The translations under genes were made by a program, and so were the position numbers. Under the pieces are notes generated by a model. It was given only the letters and a program-made list of their open reading frames with translations. It searched no databases and was not told the DNA's origin. 64,000 nt of DNA from NCBI GenBank assembly GCA_033720355.1, contig JAWWCR010000002.1:4267-68266 (forward strand). The letters are read 5' to 3'. The stretch comes from Gemmatimonadota bacterium (GTDB taxonomy: Bacteria; Gemmatimonadota; Gemmatimonadetes; Palauibacterales; Palauibacteraceae). Shown one piece after another: positions 8,783-18,624 of the stretch. The first letter of the stretch is position 1. Every line of letters begins with the position of its first letter.

Positions 8783-9892
8783 GTGGTCACGCAGCGCGAA
8801 GATCGATGGATTCGTCGAGCACACGGCCGGATGTTCGGCCGCTGGCTGGCCGGACTCGCCGTCGCGGGGGTCGCGTGTGGCGCGCCGGGCACGGCGCGAC
8901 CGGTCGCCGCGCAGTCACAGAGTCCGGCGCACGCCGCGACCGGCGAGTTCAAGCCGCCGACCCCCTCCGATCGGCACCGACAGGATTCGACCCTCGACAA
9001 CCTTGTCCACCCGGACGGATACATGACCGCGCCGCTCGGATCGTTGGGCCAGGTGGTCCCGGGCGGGGAGGGTGACACGCCCGTGATCCTCGTCGCGGGG
9101 CTCGGCTTCGGCGCTCGGGTGTTCGCCCGACTGATCGACGACCATGCGGAGGATCACCGATTCCTCGCGGTGTCGCTCGCGGGGTACGGCGGCAGCTCGG
9201 CTCCGCCGATGCCGCCGGCGGGAACCTCCTACGGCGAGCGCACGTGGCTCGCGAGCGCCCAGAGCGGTCTTGCGCGGCTCATCGACGGCGAGGGGCTCGA
9301 TCGGCCGATAGTCGTGGCGTTCTACTCCGACGCGGCGAACGTCGTGACCCGACTCGCCGCCGAGCGACCCGATCTCGTAGGCGGGGTCCTGATCCTCTCG
9401 GCGGCGGCGCGCTTCCCGCTGCCACCCGAGGCCGGCGACCGCGCGCCGGCGATGGACCGGTTCGCCCGGCAGTGGTTCAGGACCGTGACCGAAGTCATGT
9501 GGCCGAGCGGGATGTTCACGCCGGACTTCTACGCCAACGAGAGGGACGTGGCCGAACGGGCGTGGTGGGAGGTGCTCGAGCCCACCCTTCCCGTGAGCAT
9601 CAGGTACACGGTCGAGACGTGGGCCGACGATCTGGTCCCCGTTCTCGGCGACGTGACGGTCCCCTTCAAAGTCCTCTCGCCGGGCTTCGACGAGTCGTTT
9701 CTCGAGGGGCAGAACGGCGAGCTGGTGCGAACCCGCATGCACGGGGGGTGGGACGCGGCCATCGGCGCGGGGGCGCGGATCGAGCACAGCGTCGTTTCCG
9801 GGGCGCGGTTTCTCATCTGGCACGATCGCCCCGAGGCCGTCTCCGAAGCGCTCGAGGAGCTGGTCGCGACCCGGGAATCCATCCCCCCATGA
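8783..9892 (+). CDS. secreted alpha/beta-fold hydrolase
   Basis: GTG 8783 is preceded by GAGGAGG with a 5-nt spacer; alternative ATG at 8831. Signal-like RRAHGRMFGRWLAGLAVAGVACGAPGTARPVAAQ. Alpha/beta hydrolase core VILVAGLGFGARVFARLIDDHAEDHRFLAVSLAGYGGS. Confidence 0.7.
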   Translation: MVTQREDRWIRRAHGRMFGRWLAGLAVAGVACGAPGTARPVAAQSQSPAHAATGEFKPPTPSDRHRQDSTLDNLVHPDGYMTAPLGSLGQVVPGGEGDTPVILVAGLGFGARVFARLIDDHAEDHRFLAVSLAGYGGSSAPPMPPAGTSYGERTWLASAQSGLARLIDGEGLDRPIVVAFYSDAANVVTRLAAERPDLVGGVLILSAAARFPLPPEAGDRAPAMDRFARQWFRTVTEVMWPSGMFTPDFYANERDVAERAWWEVLEPTLPVSIRYTVETWADDLVPVLGDVTVPFKVLSPGFDESFLEGQNGELVRTRMHGGWDAAIGAGARIEHSVVSGARFLIWHDRPEAVSEALEELVATRESIPP

Positions 9893-9993
9893 GGAATGCG
9901 TAGCACTGCTACGCATTCCCGCTGCCCGAGCGGCGGAAACGTCTCCCGCGTCTCGACCGTCTAACCGGTGGAATCGAGCGCACGGAGGACGCC

Positions 9994-10797
9994 ATGCCCG
10001 ATCACTGCTTCGGAGCTCACGAGGCTTCGGTTCGAGGAGACCGACTCCTCGTGTCGCGCACGGTTCACGCACCCGCCCTGCGGACGCCCCCGCATTCGCA
10101 TTCGGCGATGTGCCTGCACCTCGTCCTGCGGGGTCTCTACGATGAGCACACGCGATCCGGACACCACCAGGTCGAGCCCGGGGAGACCCTCTTCAAGCCG
10201 AGCGAGGAGGTCCACTGGAACGAGTTCCGAGGTGAGGGCGCGGTCACGCTGCGGATCGAGCTGGAGCCCGAGGCCTTCCCTGCCCTGACGGAGCTGCTGC
10301 CCGCCCGATTGGCGTCGTTCAGGTCGCCGCGGCTGGCGGCGCTCGGGCGGCGCGCCCACCGTGAGCTCGGCGTCACCGACGAGCTCACGCCGATCGTCGT
10401 CGAGTCGATCGCGCTCGAGATGTGCGCCGTCGTCGCGCGGCTGCCGACCCCCGACGGCGTGGAGGGCCGATCGCTCGCCCGCCGGTGCTCCACCCTGCTG
10501 GAGGCGCGCTACCGCGAGCCGTACAGGCTCGCCGACGTGGCGCGGGATCTCGGTGTCGACCGCACAGTCCTCGCGCGGGCGTTCAGAAGCGAGTTCGACT
10601 GCACGGTGGGCGAGTTCATCCGCGCGCGGCGTGTCGAGCACGTGGCATCGCGTCTCTCGGATCCGGACCGGAGCCTCGGAGAGCTGGCGATCGAAGCCGG
10701 GTTCGCCGATCAGAGCCACATGACCCGGTGTTTCAGGAGCGTCTACGGGCTTCCACCCGGAGCGTGGAGAAGGACGGGGATCACTCCTCGAGGATGA
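9994..10797 (+). CDS. AraC-family transcriptional regulator
   Basis: C-terminal AraC HTH: ...YRLADVARDLGVDRTVLARAFRSEFDCTVGEFIRARRVEHVASRL...LAIEAGFADQSHMTRCFRSVYGLPPGAWRR. Confidence 0.85.
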   Translation: MPDHCFGAHEASVRGDRLLVSRTVHAPALRTPPHSHSAMCLHLVLRGLYDEHTRSGHHQVEPGETLFKPSEEVHWNEFRGEGAVTLRIELEPEAFPALTELLPARLASFRSPRLAALGRRAHRELGVTDELTPIVVESIALEMCAVVARLPTPDGVEGRSLARRCSTLLEARYREPYRLADVARDLGVDRTVLARAFRSEFDCTVGEFIRARRVEHVASRLSDPDRSLGELAIEAGFADQSHMTRCFRSVYGLPPGAWRRTGITPRG

Positions 10798-11785
10798 GCA
10801 CCCCCGAGCCGTCGATCTCGTCGTTCGAGAGCGCGATGAGCGCGTCGTTCGCCTCGTCGAGCGCGAACCGGGTCACCTCGGGGCGGATGGGGATCTCGGC
10901 CGCCTCCGCCAGCAACCCGCGTCCGTCCTCTCTGGTATTCGCCTCGACGCTCTGGAGTCGCTTCTCGTGGAACAGGTGGCGCTCGTAGTCCAGGGGAGGG
11001 AGGTCGCTCATGTGGATCCCGGCCAGCGCGACGGTCCCGCCGGGACCGACCGCCTCGAGCGCCGGCGGAACGGTCTCGCCGGCCGGGGCGAACACGATCG
11101 CCGAATCCATCGGCTCGGGTGGCGACTCCCCGGCATCCCCGACCCACGCGGCCCCCATCCGCCGGGCGAGGGCGCGGTGCCCCGAGCCGCGAGTGACGAC
11201 ATGCACATCGTGGCCGCGGTGACGGGCGAGCTGGAGCACGACGTGCGCCGACGATCCGAAGCCGATCAACAGCAATCGGCCGGCCTCGGGCACCTCGGCG
11301 CGCGCGAGTGCGCGGTACCCGATGATCCCGGCGCACAGTAGCGGCGCGGCGTGGGCGTCATCGAAGCCGGCGGGGATCTCGTATGCGAACGCCTCGGGAA
11401 CGACCGCCAGCTCGGCGTACCCCCCGTGGCGGTGGTACCCGGTGTATCGTGACCCGCGACACAGGTTCTCGCGCCCGCCAAGGCAGTACCGGCAGGCGCC
11501 GCACGTGGAGGCCAGCCAGGCGATCCCGACGCGGTCGCCGGGCTCGAACCGCCCCGCACCGGGCCCGAGCGCGTCCACCCTCCCGACTACCTGGTGGCCG
11601 GGGATCAGGGGAAGACGCCGTGGCTCGAGGTCGCCCTCGATGACGTGGAGGTCGGTCCGGCAGATGCCACACGCGGTCACCCGAACCCGGATCTCGGCAG
11701 GACCCGGTTGGGGATCGGGCACGTCGGCGATCCGCAGCGGTCTCGATCGGATCGGTGCCTGCTCGTCGAGGACGCACGCCCTCAT
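10781..11785 (-). CDS. zinc-dependent alcohol dehydrogenase (MDR superfamily)
   Basis: ATG at 11785 (revcomp gives MRACVLDE). Motifs CGICRTDLHVIEGD, GHQVVGRV, CGACRYCLGGRENLC. The track ORF 10781-13516 is a stop-free upstream extension. The 17-nt convergent overlap with the AraC gene is plausible. Confidence 0.85.
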   Translation of the reverse strand: MRACVLDEQAPIRSRPLRIADVPDPQPGPAEIRVRVTACGICRTDLHVIEGDLEPRRLPLIPGHQVVGRVDALGPGAGRFEPGDRVGIAWLASTCGACRYCLGGRENLCRGSRYTGYHRHGGYAELAVVPEAFAYEIPAGFDDAHAAPLLCAGIIGYRALARAEVPEAGRLLLIGFGSSAHVVLQLARHRGHDVHVVTRGSGHRALARRMGAAWVGDAGESPPEPMDSAIVFAPAGETVPPALEAVGPGGTVALAGIHMSDLPPLDYERHLFHEKRLQSVEANTREDGRGLLAEAAEIPIRPEVTRFALDEANDALIALSNDEIDGSGVLILEE

Positions 11786-12028
11786 GCGGAGCCTCGCGAC
11801 CCGGCTTGCCCGAACGCCCCGATCGACGTCTCGTTCGTTGCCATGCGACCCTGAACATACGTCGTGGCCGCTCGCGCACGACTCCTTCGCGGGCATGCCC
11901 TTCCGGCCAGCAGGGAGGCCTCCATAGGTTGAGTCTGCGTCGTCCCGCGCCTGCCTCGAAGTAGCGACCGCGCGGCAGGCGACGCCCCGGCGCTCCCGTC
12001 TCGGCCACCCGCACCCCCCCGGAAGCCC

Positions 12029-15000
12029 ATGCCTGCACACACTCTCTCGACCAGTCGTTCCGGATCGTCTCGGCCCGGCGCCCCGGTGGCGGATGCCACG
12101 CCCGCTTCGCGACGGCGAGCCCGCGCGACCGCGGTGGCGGTCGCCTGCCTCACGAGCGTGCTCGTCTCGGGCGCCGCCGCGCAGCAGGGCTCCGCCTTCG
12201 CCGATGTCGACCTCGACGCGCTCGAGCTGCGGAACATCGGGCCCGCGATCAACGGGGGCCGGATCGCCGACATCGCGTTCCACCCCGGGAACCGGAACAT
12301 CTGGTACGTCGCGGTGGGCTCCGGCGGGGTGTGGAAGACCGAGAACTCCGGCACGACGTGGGAGCCGATCTTCGACGACGAGCCCTCCTATTCGATCGGA
12401 TCCATCGCGATCGATCCGAACGACCCCTCCACCGTCTGGGTGGGTACGGGCGAGAACGTCGGCGGACGGCACGTGGGATTCGGCGACGGCGTCTACAAGT
12501 CCACGGACGGCGGCAGGACCTGGCGGAACATGGGGCTCGAGGCGTCGGAGCACCTCTCGACCATGATCGTCCATCCCGAGGACTCCGACATCGTCTGGGT
12601 AGCCGCACAGGGCCCGCTCTGGACCCCGGGCGGCGATCGCGGCCTCTACAAGACGACGGATGGCGGGGAAACGTGGACGAACGTGCTGAGCGCCGGCGAG
12701 TGGACCGGCGTCACCGACGTGGTCATGGACCCGCGCGACCCGGATCTCCTGTACGCCGCGACCTGGCAGCGACACCGCACGGTCGCCGCGTATCTGGGCG
12801 GAGGCCCCGAATCGGGGATCCACCGGAGCACGGACGGCGGCGAGACGTGGGAGGAGCTCACGACCGGTCTGCCGTCGGGGGTGAAGGGCAAGATCGGTCT
12901 CGCGATCTCGCCGCAGAACCCCGATATCGTCTATGCGGCGGTCGAGCAGATCCGGACGGAGGGCGGCCTCTATCGTTCGACCAACCGCGGCGAGTCGTGG
13001 AGCCGCATGTCCGACGCCGTCTCGGGAGGCACCGGGCCGCATTACTATCAGGAGCTGTACGCCTCGCCGCATCACTTCGGTCGACTCTATCTCGTCAGCG
13101 CCACGACCCTCATCTCCGACGATCACGGCGCGAACTTCTACTCGATGGACATCGACGAGAAGCACTCCGATGACCACGCGATCGCGTTCCGCGACGACGA
13201 TCCCGGCTACATCCTCGTCGGGACGGATGGCGGGCTCTACGAAACGTACGACCTCACCGACAACTGGCGGTTCATCGGCAACCTGCCGCTCATGCAGTAC
13301 TACAAGATCTCGGTGGACGACGCCGAGCCCTTCTATCACGTGTTCGGGGGCACCCAGGACAACGGGTCGAACGGCGGCCCGTCGCGGACGGACACCGAGC
13401 ACGGGATCCGCAACGCCGACTGGTTCAAGACCCTGGGCGCAGACGGGCATGGCTCGGCCACCGAGCCCGGCAATCCGAACATCATCTACGCCGAGACGCA
13501 GCAGGGCGGTCTGCACCGCGTCGACCGGCTAACGGGCGATCAGGTGTTCATCCAGCCCCAGGCACGCGAGGGAGAGGGGTTCGAGCGCTACAACTGGGAC
13601 GCCCCGATCGAGGTCAGCCCGCACTCACCGACGCGGATCTACTTCGCCTCGCACCGGGTGTGGCGGACGGACGACCGCGGCGACAGCTGGACCCCGATCT
13701 CGGGCGATCTGACGCGCAACGAGGAGCGGATCGAGCTGCCGATCATGGGTCGCGTCCAGAGCTGGGACAACGCGTGGGACGTCGGCGCCATGTCCAACTA
13801 CAACACGATCACCTCGCTCGGCGAGTCGCCGCTCGTCGAGGGGCTGATCTACGCAGGCACCGATGACGGTCTCCTCCAGGTCACGGAGGATGGAGGCGGG
13901 AGCTGGCGACGCGTCGAAGTCGGTAGCATCCCCGGCGTGCCGGCGAGGGCGTTCGTCAACGACATCAAGGCGGACCTGTTCGACGAGAACACGGTCTACG
14001 TCGCGCTCGACAACCACAAGGAGGGCGACTACAGCCCCTACCTCGTGAAGAGCACGGACCGCGGCCGCACGTGGACCTCGCTCGCGGGCGGGCTCCCCGA
14101 CCGTCACCTCGTATGGAGAGTCGTCCAGGACCACGTCGAGCCGGGGCTCATGTTCGCGGCCACCGAGTTCGGCGTGTTCTTCACGGTGGACGGCGGGGCC
14201 GGGTGGACCGAGCTCGAGGGTGGAGCCCCGACGATCTCGTTCCGCGACATCGTGATCCAGCGCGAGCACGAGGACCTCGTCGCCGCCTCGTTCGGGCGCG
14301 GGATCTTCATCCTCGACGACTACACGCCGCTCAGACAGCTGAGCGCCGGGATGCTCGCCGCGGAGGCCACGCTCTTCCCCGTCCGATCCGCCCCGTGGTA
14401 CGTCGAGAAGGACATCGTCGGCGACCCCGGCCACAACGACTACCAGGCGGAGAACCCGCCTTTCGGGGCGGTGTTCACCTACTACCTGCGCGACGGCTAC
14501 GAATCGCTGGAGGACCGACGCCAGGACGCCGAGCGCGCGGTCGCCGAGGGACAGGACGTCCCCTTCCCCGGCTGGGAGGCGCTGGACGCGGAGATGCGGG
14601 AGCAGGGGCCCGGGGTACAGGTCGTCGTGCGAGACGAGAGCGGGACGGTCGTGAACCGGGTCGACGGACCGGCGTCACCTGGCTTTCACCGCGTGGCGTG
14701 GGACCTCGAGCACGCCTCGCAGGAGCTCGTCGAGCCGGGCGATACCGGCGGCGGCGGCGGGTTCATGGCGCTGCCGGGCAGCTACACCGCGACGCTGGTG
14801 CGCCACGCGGCCGGGGCGGTCACCGAGATGGCGGGCCCCGTGTCGTTCGAGGTCGTGCCACTGCGAGACGGCGCGTTGCCGAGGCAGCCGAACGCCGCCG
14901 TGGCGGCGTTCCGCGCCGAGGTCGAGGCGTTCGCCCGCGATCTCGCGGTGGCCGAGAACCTCCTCGACGCGGCGATCGAGCGAGTCGAGGCGCTCCAGGT

Positions 15001-15349
15001 GTCGCTGCGACGCGCGCCGCGGGATGAGCCGGCCCTGGCCTCGCGGCTCTACGACACCCGGATCGAGCTGTACGAGCTGCTCGAGCGGTTGGAGGGGAGC
15101 GAGGCGAAGGACGAGATCGGAGAGAACGGTCCGCCGACGCCGGATGATCGGCTCGGCGTCGCCGAGGACGGGCTCGACACCACCTATGGCCCCACCGCGA
15201 TGCACCGCAGCATCCTCGCGGCGGGGCGCAACGAGCTCGCGCCGATCCGCGGCGAGATCGACCGAATGGCCGAGCAGGTCGTGCCCGAGCTGGCGCGTGC
15301 GGTCGAGGCGACGGGGGCGCCGCCGCTGGAAGATCCACCGTCGAGGTAG
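12029..15349 (+). CDS. secreted sortilin/VPS10-like BNR (Asp-box) repeat glycoside-hydrolase-like protein (1106 aa)
   Basis: N-terminal signal ...ATAVAVACLTSVLVSGAAAQQ. Repeated Asp-box motifs STDGGRTW, TTDGGETW, STDGGETW, STNRGESW, STDRGRTW. Regular propeller-like repeats. Confidence 0.85.
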   Translation: MPAHTLSTSRSGSSRPGAPVADATPASRRRARATAVAVACLTSVLVSGAAAQQGSAFADVDLDALELRNIGPAINGGRIADIAFHPGNRNIWYVAVGSGGVWKTENSGTTWEPIFDDEPSYSIGSIAIDPNDPSTVWVGTGENVGGRHVGFGDGVYKSTDGGRTWRNMGLEASEHLSTMIVHPEDSDIVWVAAQGPLWTPGGDRGLYKTTDGGETWTNVLSAGEWTGVTDVVMDPRDPDLLYAATWQRHRTVAAYLGGGPESGIHRSTDGGETWEELTTGLPSGVKGKIGLAISPQNPDIVYAAVEQIRTEGGLYRSTNRGESWSRMSDAVSGGTGPHYYQELYASPHHFGRLYLVSATTLISDDHGANFYSMDIDEKHSDDHAIAFRDDDPGYILVGTDGGLYETYDLTDNWRFIGNLPLMQYYKISVDDAEPFYHVFGGTQDNGSNGGPSRTDTEHGIRNADWFKTLGADGHGSATEPGNPNIIYAETQQGGLHRVDRLTGDQVFIQPQAREGEGFERYNWDAPIEVSPHSPTRIYFASHRVWRTDDRGDSWTPISGDLTRNEERIELPIMGRVQSWDNAWDVGAMSNYNTITSLGESPLVEGLIYAGTDDGLLQVTEDGGGSWRRVEVGSIPGVPARAFVNDIKADLFDENTVYVALDNHKEGDYSPYLVKSTDRGRTWTSLAGGLPDRHLVWRVVQDHVEPGLMFAATEFGVFFTVDGGAGWTELEGGAPTISFRDIVIQREHEDLVAASFGRGIFILDDYTPLRQLSAGMLAAEATLFPVRSAPWYVEKDIVGDPGHNDYQAENPPFGAVFTYYLRDGYESLEDRRQDAERAVAEGQDVPFPGWEALDAEMREQGPGVQVVVRDESGTVVNRVDGPASPGFHRVAWDLEHASQELVEPGDTGGGGGFMALPGSYTATLVRHAAGAVTEMAGPVSFEVVPLRDGALPRQPNAAVAAFRAEVEAFARDLAVAENLLDAAIERVEALQVSLRRAPRDEPALASRLYDTRIELYELLERLEGSEAKDEIGENGPPTPDDRLGVAEDGLDTTYGPTAMHRSILAAGRNELAPIRGEIDRMAEQVVPELARAVEATGAPPLEDPPSR

Positions 15350-15420
15350 CGCTCCCTCGCCGTCTCGCCGGGCGGAGAGAGGGACCCCGGCGTGACGGCA
15401 CCCCGTCCCAGGGTACGCCG

Positions 15421-15452
15421 GCCGACCTTCCCTTTAGGGCAGGTCGGCTTTC
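15421..15452 (+). terminator. candidate rho-independent terminator after the BNR gene
   Basis: GCCGACCTTCCCT-tt-AGGGCAGGTCGGC forms a 12/13-bp stem with a 2-nt loop, followed by TTTCGG, about 70 nt downstream of the stop at 15349. Confidence 0.4.
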
Positions 15453-15531
15453 GGCGGCGGGTGTCGAACCCTACCGTCGCCCCCGGCGCTCCGGCCACCT
15501 GTCCCTCCAACCACACGACCGGGAGCGATCG

Positions 15532-16821
15532 ATGCTTCGACGTCTGCTCTTGCTAACCATCGCGATGGCCCCGCTGGCCGGCGGCCTCTCCGCGCAGGAT
15601 CCCGAAGAGCAGCTGCGCGAGCTCCAGGCCCAGGTCGATTCGCTTCGACGCCTGGATCTCGAGCGCCAGCTCGACGAGATGCGGCGCGACATCGCCGGCC
15701 GCACCAGGGAAGGCAGTGACACCTGGCTCGAGCTGAACGGTTGGGTCAACTTCGATCTCATCTACGATTTCAAGCGGGTCGATCCCACATGGGAGGCGAC
15801 CCTTCGGCCCTCAACGATCCCCACCACCCCCGGCCAGTACGGAAGCGACGGGAAGACGATCTTCAGCGTCCGACAGACTCGCGTGGGGCTGTCGGGAGGC
15901 ATGGACACCCGCATCGGGCCGGCGAAGTGGTGGATCGAGCTCGACTTCTTCGCCCTCGGGGCCGACGCCGGGAGAACCGCGCTCGAGCTCCGGCACGCAT
16001 GGGGCGAGGTAGGACCGCTCGGCTTCGGGTGGACCTGGAGCAACTTCATCGACATCGACACGTGGCCCAACGTCCTCGACTGGTGGGGACCCTCGGCGAT
16101 GGCCCTGAACCGGAATCCGCAGGTGCGGTACACCTGGGCCCTGCCGACCGGACGGTTCGCCCTCGCCATCGAGAACTCCAACCAGAGCCTCACCACCGGT
16201 GTGCTCGGCGAGACGTCGCCCGGCTTCGTCGACGACATCGAGGCCGTCGGACGCATCCCCGATCTCACGGCCAACTACCGCCACGACTGGGGCGACAGCC
16301 ACGTGCAGATCGCGGGCGTCGCGCGACAGCTCTCCTACGAGACGGTCGATGAGCCCGACAACGAGCCCAAAGGCTCGGAGTTCGGTTGGGGCCTCAACCT
16401 GACGGCCGTCCTCCAGACCGTAGACCGCGATCGGTTCCGGGGCGGGATCGTCTACGGACACGGGATCGCCTCGTTCATCAACGACGGCGGCGGCGTGAAC
16501 CTGGCCCCGGACCCCGACGGTGGCGCCCTGGCGCTGCCCTCGCTGGGTCTGACCGCCTACTACGACCACTACTGGACGGACGTCCTGAGCACCTCGCTCG
16601 GCGCCTCCTACAACACGCACGACAACAGCTCTGAGCAGCAGTCCTTCGAGATCGAGTCGGTGACGTACGGCAGCACGAACCTGATCTGGGCGCCGTCCTC
16701 GAACTTCTGGGCCGGGGCCGAGTTCCAGCTCGGTCGCCGTCTGGACATCTCCGAGATCGACGCCTTCGACTACCGGATCCAGTTCCAGGTACGGTACACC
16801 TTCGTGGAGGCGCTACGGTGA
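15532..16821 (+). CDS. outer-membrane beta-barrel porin-like protein with N-terminal coiled coil (DcaP-like architecture)
   Basis: Signal peptide MLRRLLLLTIAMAPLAGGLSAQ. Coiled coil EEQLRELQAQVDSLRRLDLERQLDEMRRD, then alternating amphipathic beta-strand pattern. The C-terminus ...RYTFVEALR lacks the usual terminal aromatic, so the assignment is tentative. Confidence 0.55.
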   Translation: MLRRLLLLTIAMAPLAGGLSAQDPEEQLRELQAQVDSLRRLDLERQLDEMRRDIAGRTREGSDTWLELNGWVNFDLIYDFKRVDPTWEATLRPSTIPTTPGQYGSDGKTIFSVRQTRVGLSGGMDTRIGPAKWWIELDFFALGADAGRTALELRHAWGEVGPLGFGWTWSNFIDIDTWPNVLDWWGPSAMALNRNPQVRYTWALPTGRFALAIENSNQSLTTGVLGETSPGFVDDIEAVGRIPDLTANYRHDWGDSHVQIAGVARQLSYETVDEPDNEPKGSEFGWGLNLTAVLQTVDRDRFRGGIVYGHGIASFINDGGGVNLAPDPDGGALALPSLGLTAYYDHYWTDVLSTSLGASYNTHDNSSEQQSFEIESVTYGSTNLIWAPSSNFWAGAEFQLGRRLDISEIDAFDYRIQFQVRYTFVEALR

Positions 16822-18593
16822 CCGTCGGACAGGGAGTGAGCATGAGAGTCGTATCGCCGCGCTTCGGCGCCCGTACACCCGCCGTGAATTGCCTCGGGTG
16901 GCTCGCTCTCGCGGCCGCGATCTCGGCCTGCGGGCCGTCGGGCGACGCCCCCGAGCCGCCCCCGCAGCCGGCGGACCCGAGCTTCTCGGTCGTCGAGGCC
17001 TCGTTCGCGGACATGCAGCGGGCCATGGAATCGGGCGCGGTCACCTCGCGCCAGATCGTGCAGATGTACCTCGACCGCATCGCGCGGTACGAGGACACGC
17101 TGCGCGCGACCCTCGCCGTCAGCGAAACGGCCCTCGAAGAGGCCGACGCGCTCGATCGGGAGCGCGCCGCCGGCACCGTCCGCGGCCCCCTGCACGGCAT
17201 CCCGATCGCGCTCAAGGACATCATCCACACGACGAGCATGCCCACGACGGGCGGTGCTCTGGCGTTCGAGGGCTATACGCCCCCCTACGAGGCGACCCTC
17301 GTCGAGAACCTGCGTGACGCGGGCGCGGTGATCTTCGCCAAGACCACGCTGACCGAGTTGGCCAACTGGGTCGCCACCGGGATGCCGAACAACTACAACG
17401 CGGTCCGCGGGTATGGGCTGAACCCCTACGACGCGCGCCCGGACCCCCGCGAGGGCCTCGACGATGGGCGCAGCGTGCTCGACACGGGCGGCTCCAGCTC
17501 GGGCATCGGAACCGCGGCCAACCTGTGGGCCGCGAGCGTGGGCACCGAGACGTCCGGCTCGATCCAGATCCCGTCGAACCAGACGATGCTCGTGGGGATC
17601 AAGCCGACGGTGGGTCGCGTCAGCCGTCGGGGCGTGATCCCCATCACGGCCGACCAGGACACGCCGGGCCCCATGGCGAAGTACGTGGCGGATGCCGCCG
17701 CACTGCTCGCCGCCATGGAGGGGACGGATCCGCAGGACCCGGCGACCGGCGTCTGCGAGACCCCGGCGGACGGCGATTATTCGTCCCACCTGCTGTCGGA
17801 TGGGCTTCAGGGCGCCCGGATCGGGATCCCCCGGACCTTCTACTACGAGCCCACGACCCCTCCGGGGGCGAGCGAGCCGAGGGGCGGTCTGAGCGAGGCG
17901 CAGGCCGCCGCCATGAGCGACGCCATCGAGGTGCTGCGGGCGCAGGGCGCCGAGATCGTGGACCCGGCCGAGATCCCGAGCATCGTCGCGACCTCCGCCG
18001 ACGACAACCAGCTGTTGTTCGGCAACTGCTACGACTACCCCCAGGGCAAGGGCGGCGACGACGGCTGCTCGGTCGTGATGAAGTACGGCATGAAGCGCGA
18101 CTTCAACCTGTGGCTCGAGTCGCTCGGCCCGACCGCGCCGCTACCGTCGCTCACCGCGCTGCGCGAGTGGAATCTCGAGCACGAGGCCGAAGGGGCGATC
18201 CGGTACGGCCAGGCCGAGCTCGACATCTCGGACGAGATGGACGTGGATGCGGACCGGGCCCGCTACGAGGCGGATCGGGCGAAGGACCTCCGTCTGACGC
18301 GTGGCGAGGGGCTCGACGCGGCGCTCGACGCCCACGACCTCGACGCCATCTTCTTCCCCTGGTGGTCGGGCGAGAACATCGTGAACAAGGCCGGATACCC
18401 GGCGGTCACGGTCCCTTTCACGACGGTACCGATCGAACGCGACCCCCCGCTGCCCGAGGGGTTCGACGCCCGACCGATGCCGTTCGGAGTGACGTTCATC
18501 GGTCGGTCGTGCGCCGAGCCACGGCTGATCGAGCTCGCCTATTCATTCGAGCAGGCGACGCGGGCCAGAAGAGCGCCGCCCGGCTTCCCCTGA
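16818..18593 (+). CDS. amidase-signature family amidase, lipoprotein
   Basis: AS motif DTGGSSSGIGTAANLWAASVGTETSGSIQIPS. Lipobox ...ALAAAISACG. GTG 16818 overlaps the upstream stop; alternative ATG at 16842. Confidence 0.85.
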   Translation: MTVGQGVSMRVVSPRFGARTPAVNCLGWLALAAAISACGPSGDAPEPPPQPADPSFSVVEASFADMQRAMESGAVTSRQIVQMYLDRIARYEDTLRATLAVSETALEEADALDRERAAGTVRGPLHGIPIALKDIIHTTSMPTTGGALAFEGYTPPYEATLVENLRDAGAVIFAKTTLTELANWVATGMPNNYNAVRGYGLNPYDARPDPREGLDDGRSVLDTGGSSSGIGTAANLWAASVGTETSGSIQIPSNQTMLVGIKPTVGRVSRRGVIPITADQDTPGPMAKYVADAAALLAAMEGTDPQDPATGVCETPADGDYSSHLLSDGLQGARIGIPRTFYYEPTTPPGASEPRGGLSEAQAAAMSDAIEVLRAQGAEIVDPAEIPSIVATSADDNQLLFGNCYDYPQGKGGDDGCSVVMKYGMKRDFNLWLESLGPTAPLPSLTALREWNLEHEAEGAIRYGQAELDISDEMDVDADRARYEADRAKDLRLTRGEGLDAALDAHDLDAIFFPWWSGENIVNKAGYPAVTVPFTTVPIERDPPLPEGFDARPMPFGVTFIGRSCAEPRLIELAYSFEQATRARRAPPGFP

Positions 18594-18624
18594 CCGCGCG
18601 AGCCCGGCGGCGACGGCGGGTCTC

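Noticed and set aside
15455-15485. TTCGACA 7-nt loop flanked by GGG/CCC on the minus strand, resembling a tRNA T-arm
   Set aside because: Only 3 bp of T-stem pair. No acceptor stem, D-arm, anticodon arm or CCA can be built around it, so it is a chance match.
16800-16821. Porin-like protein ends ...RYTFVEALR instead of a terminal aromatic residue; considered a frameshift or pseudogene
   Set aside because: No alternative frame continues the barrel signature, and the 4-nt overlap with the amidase start is typical of this genome. The end is left as called, with reduced confidence in the 'porin' label.
18594-18624. GC-rich segment between the convergent amidase and gdh genes, considered as a bidirectional terminator
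   Set aside because: The arms (cccggcgg / cggcggg) do not pair as a proper stem and there is no U-tract on either strand.
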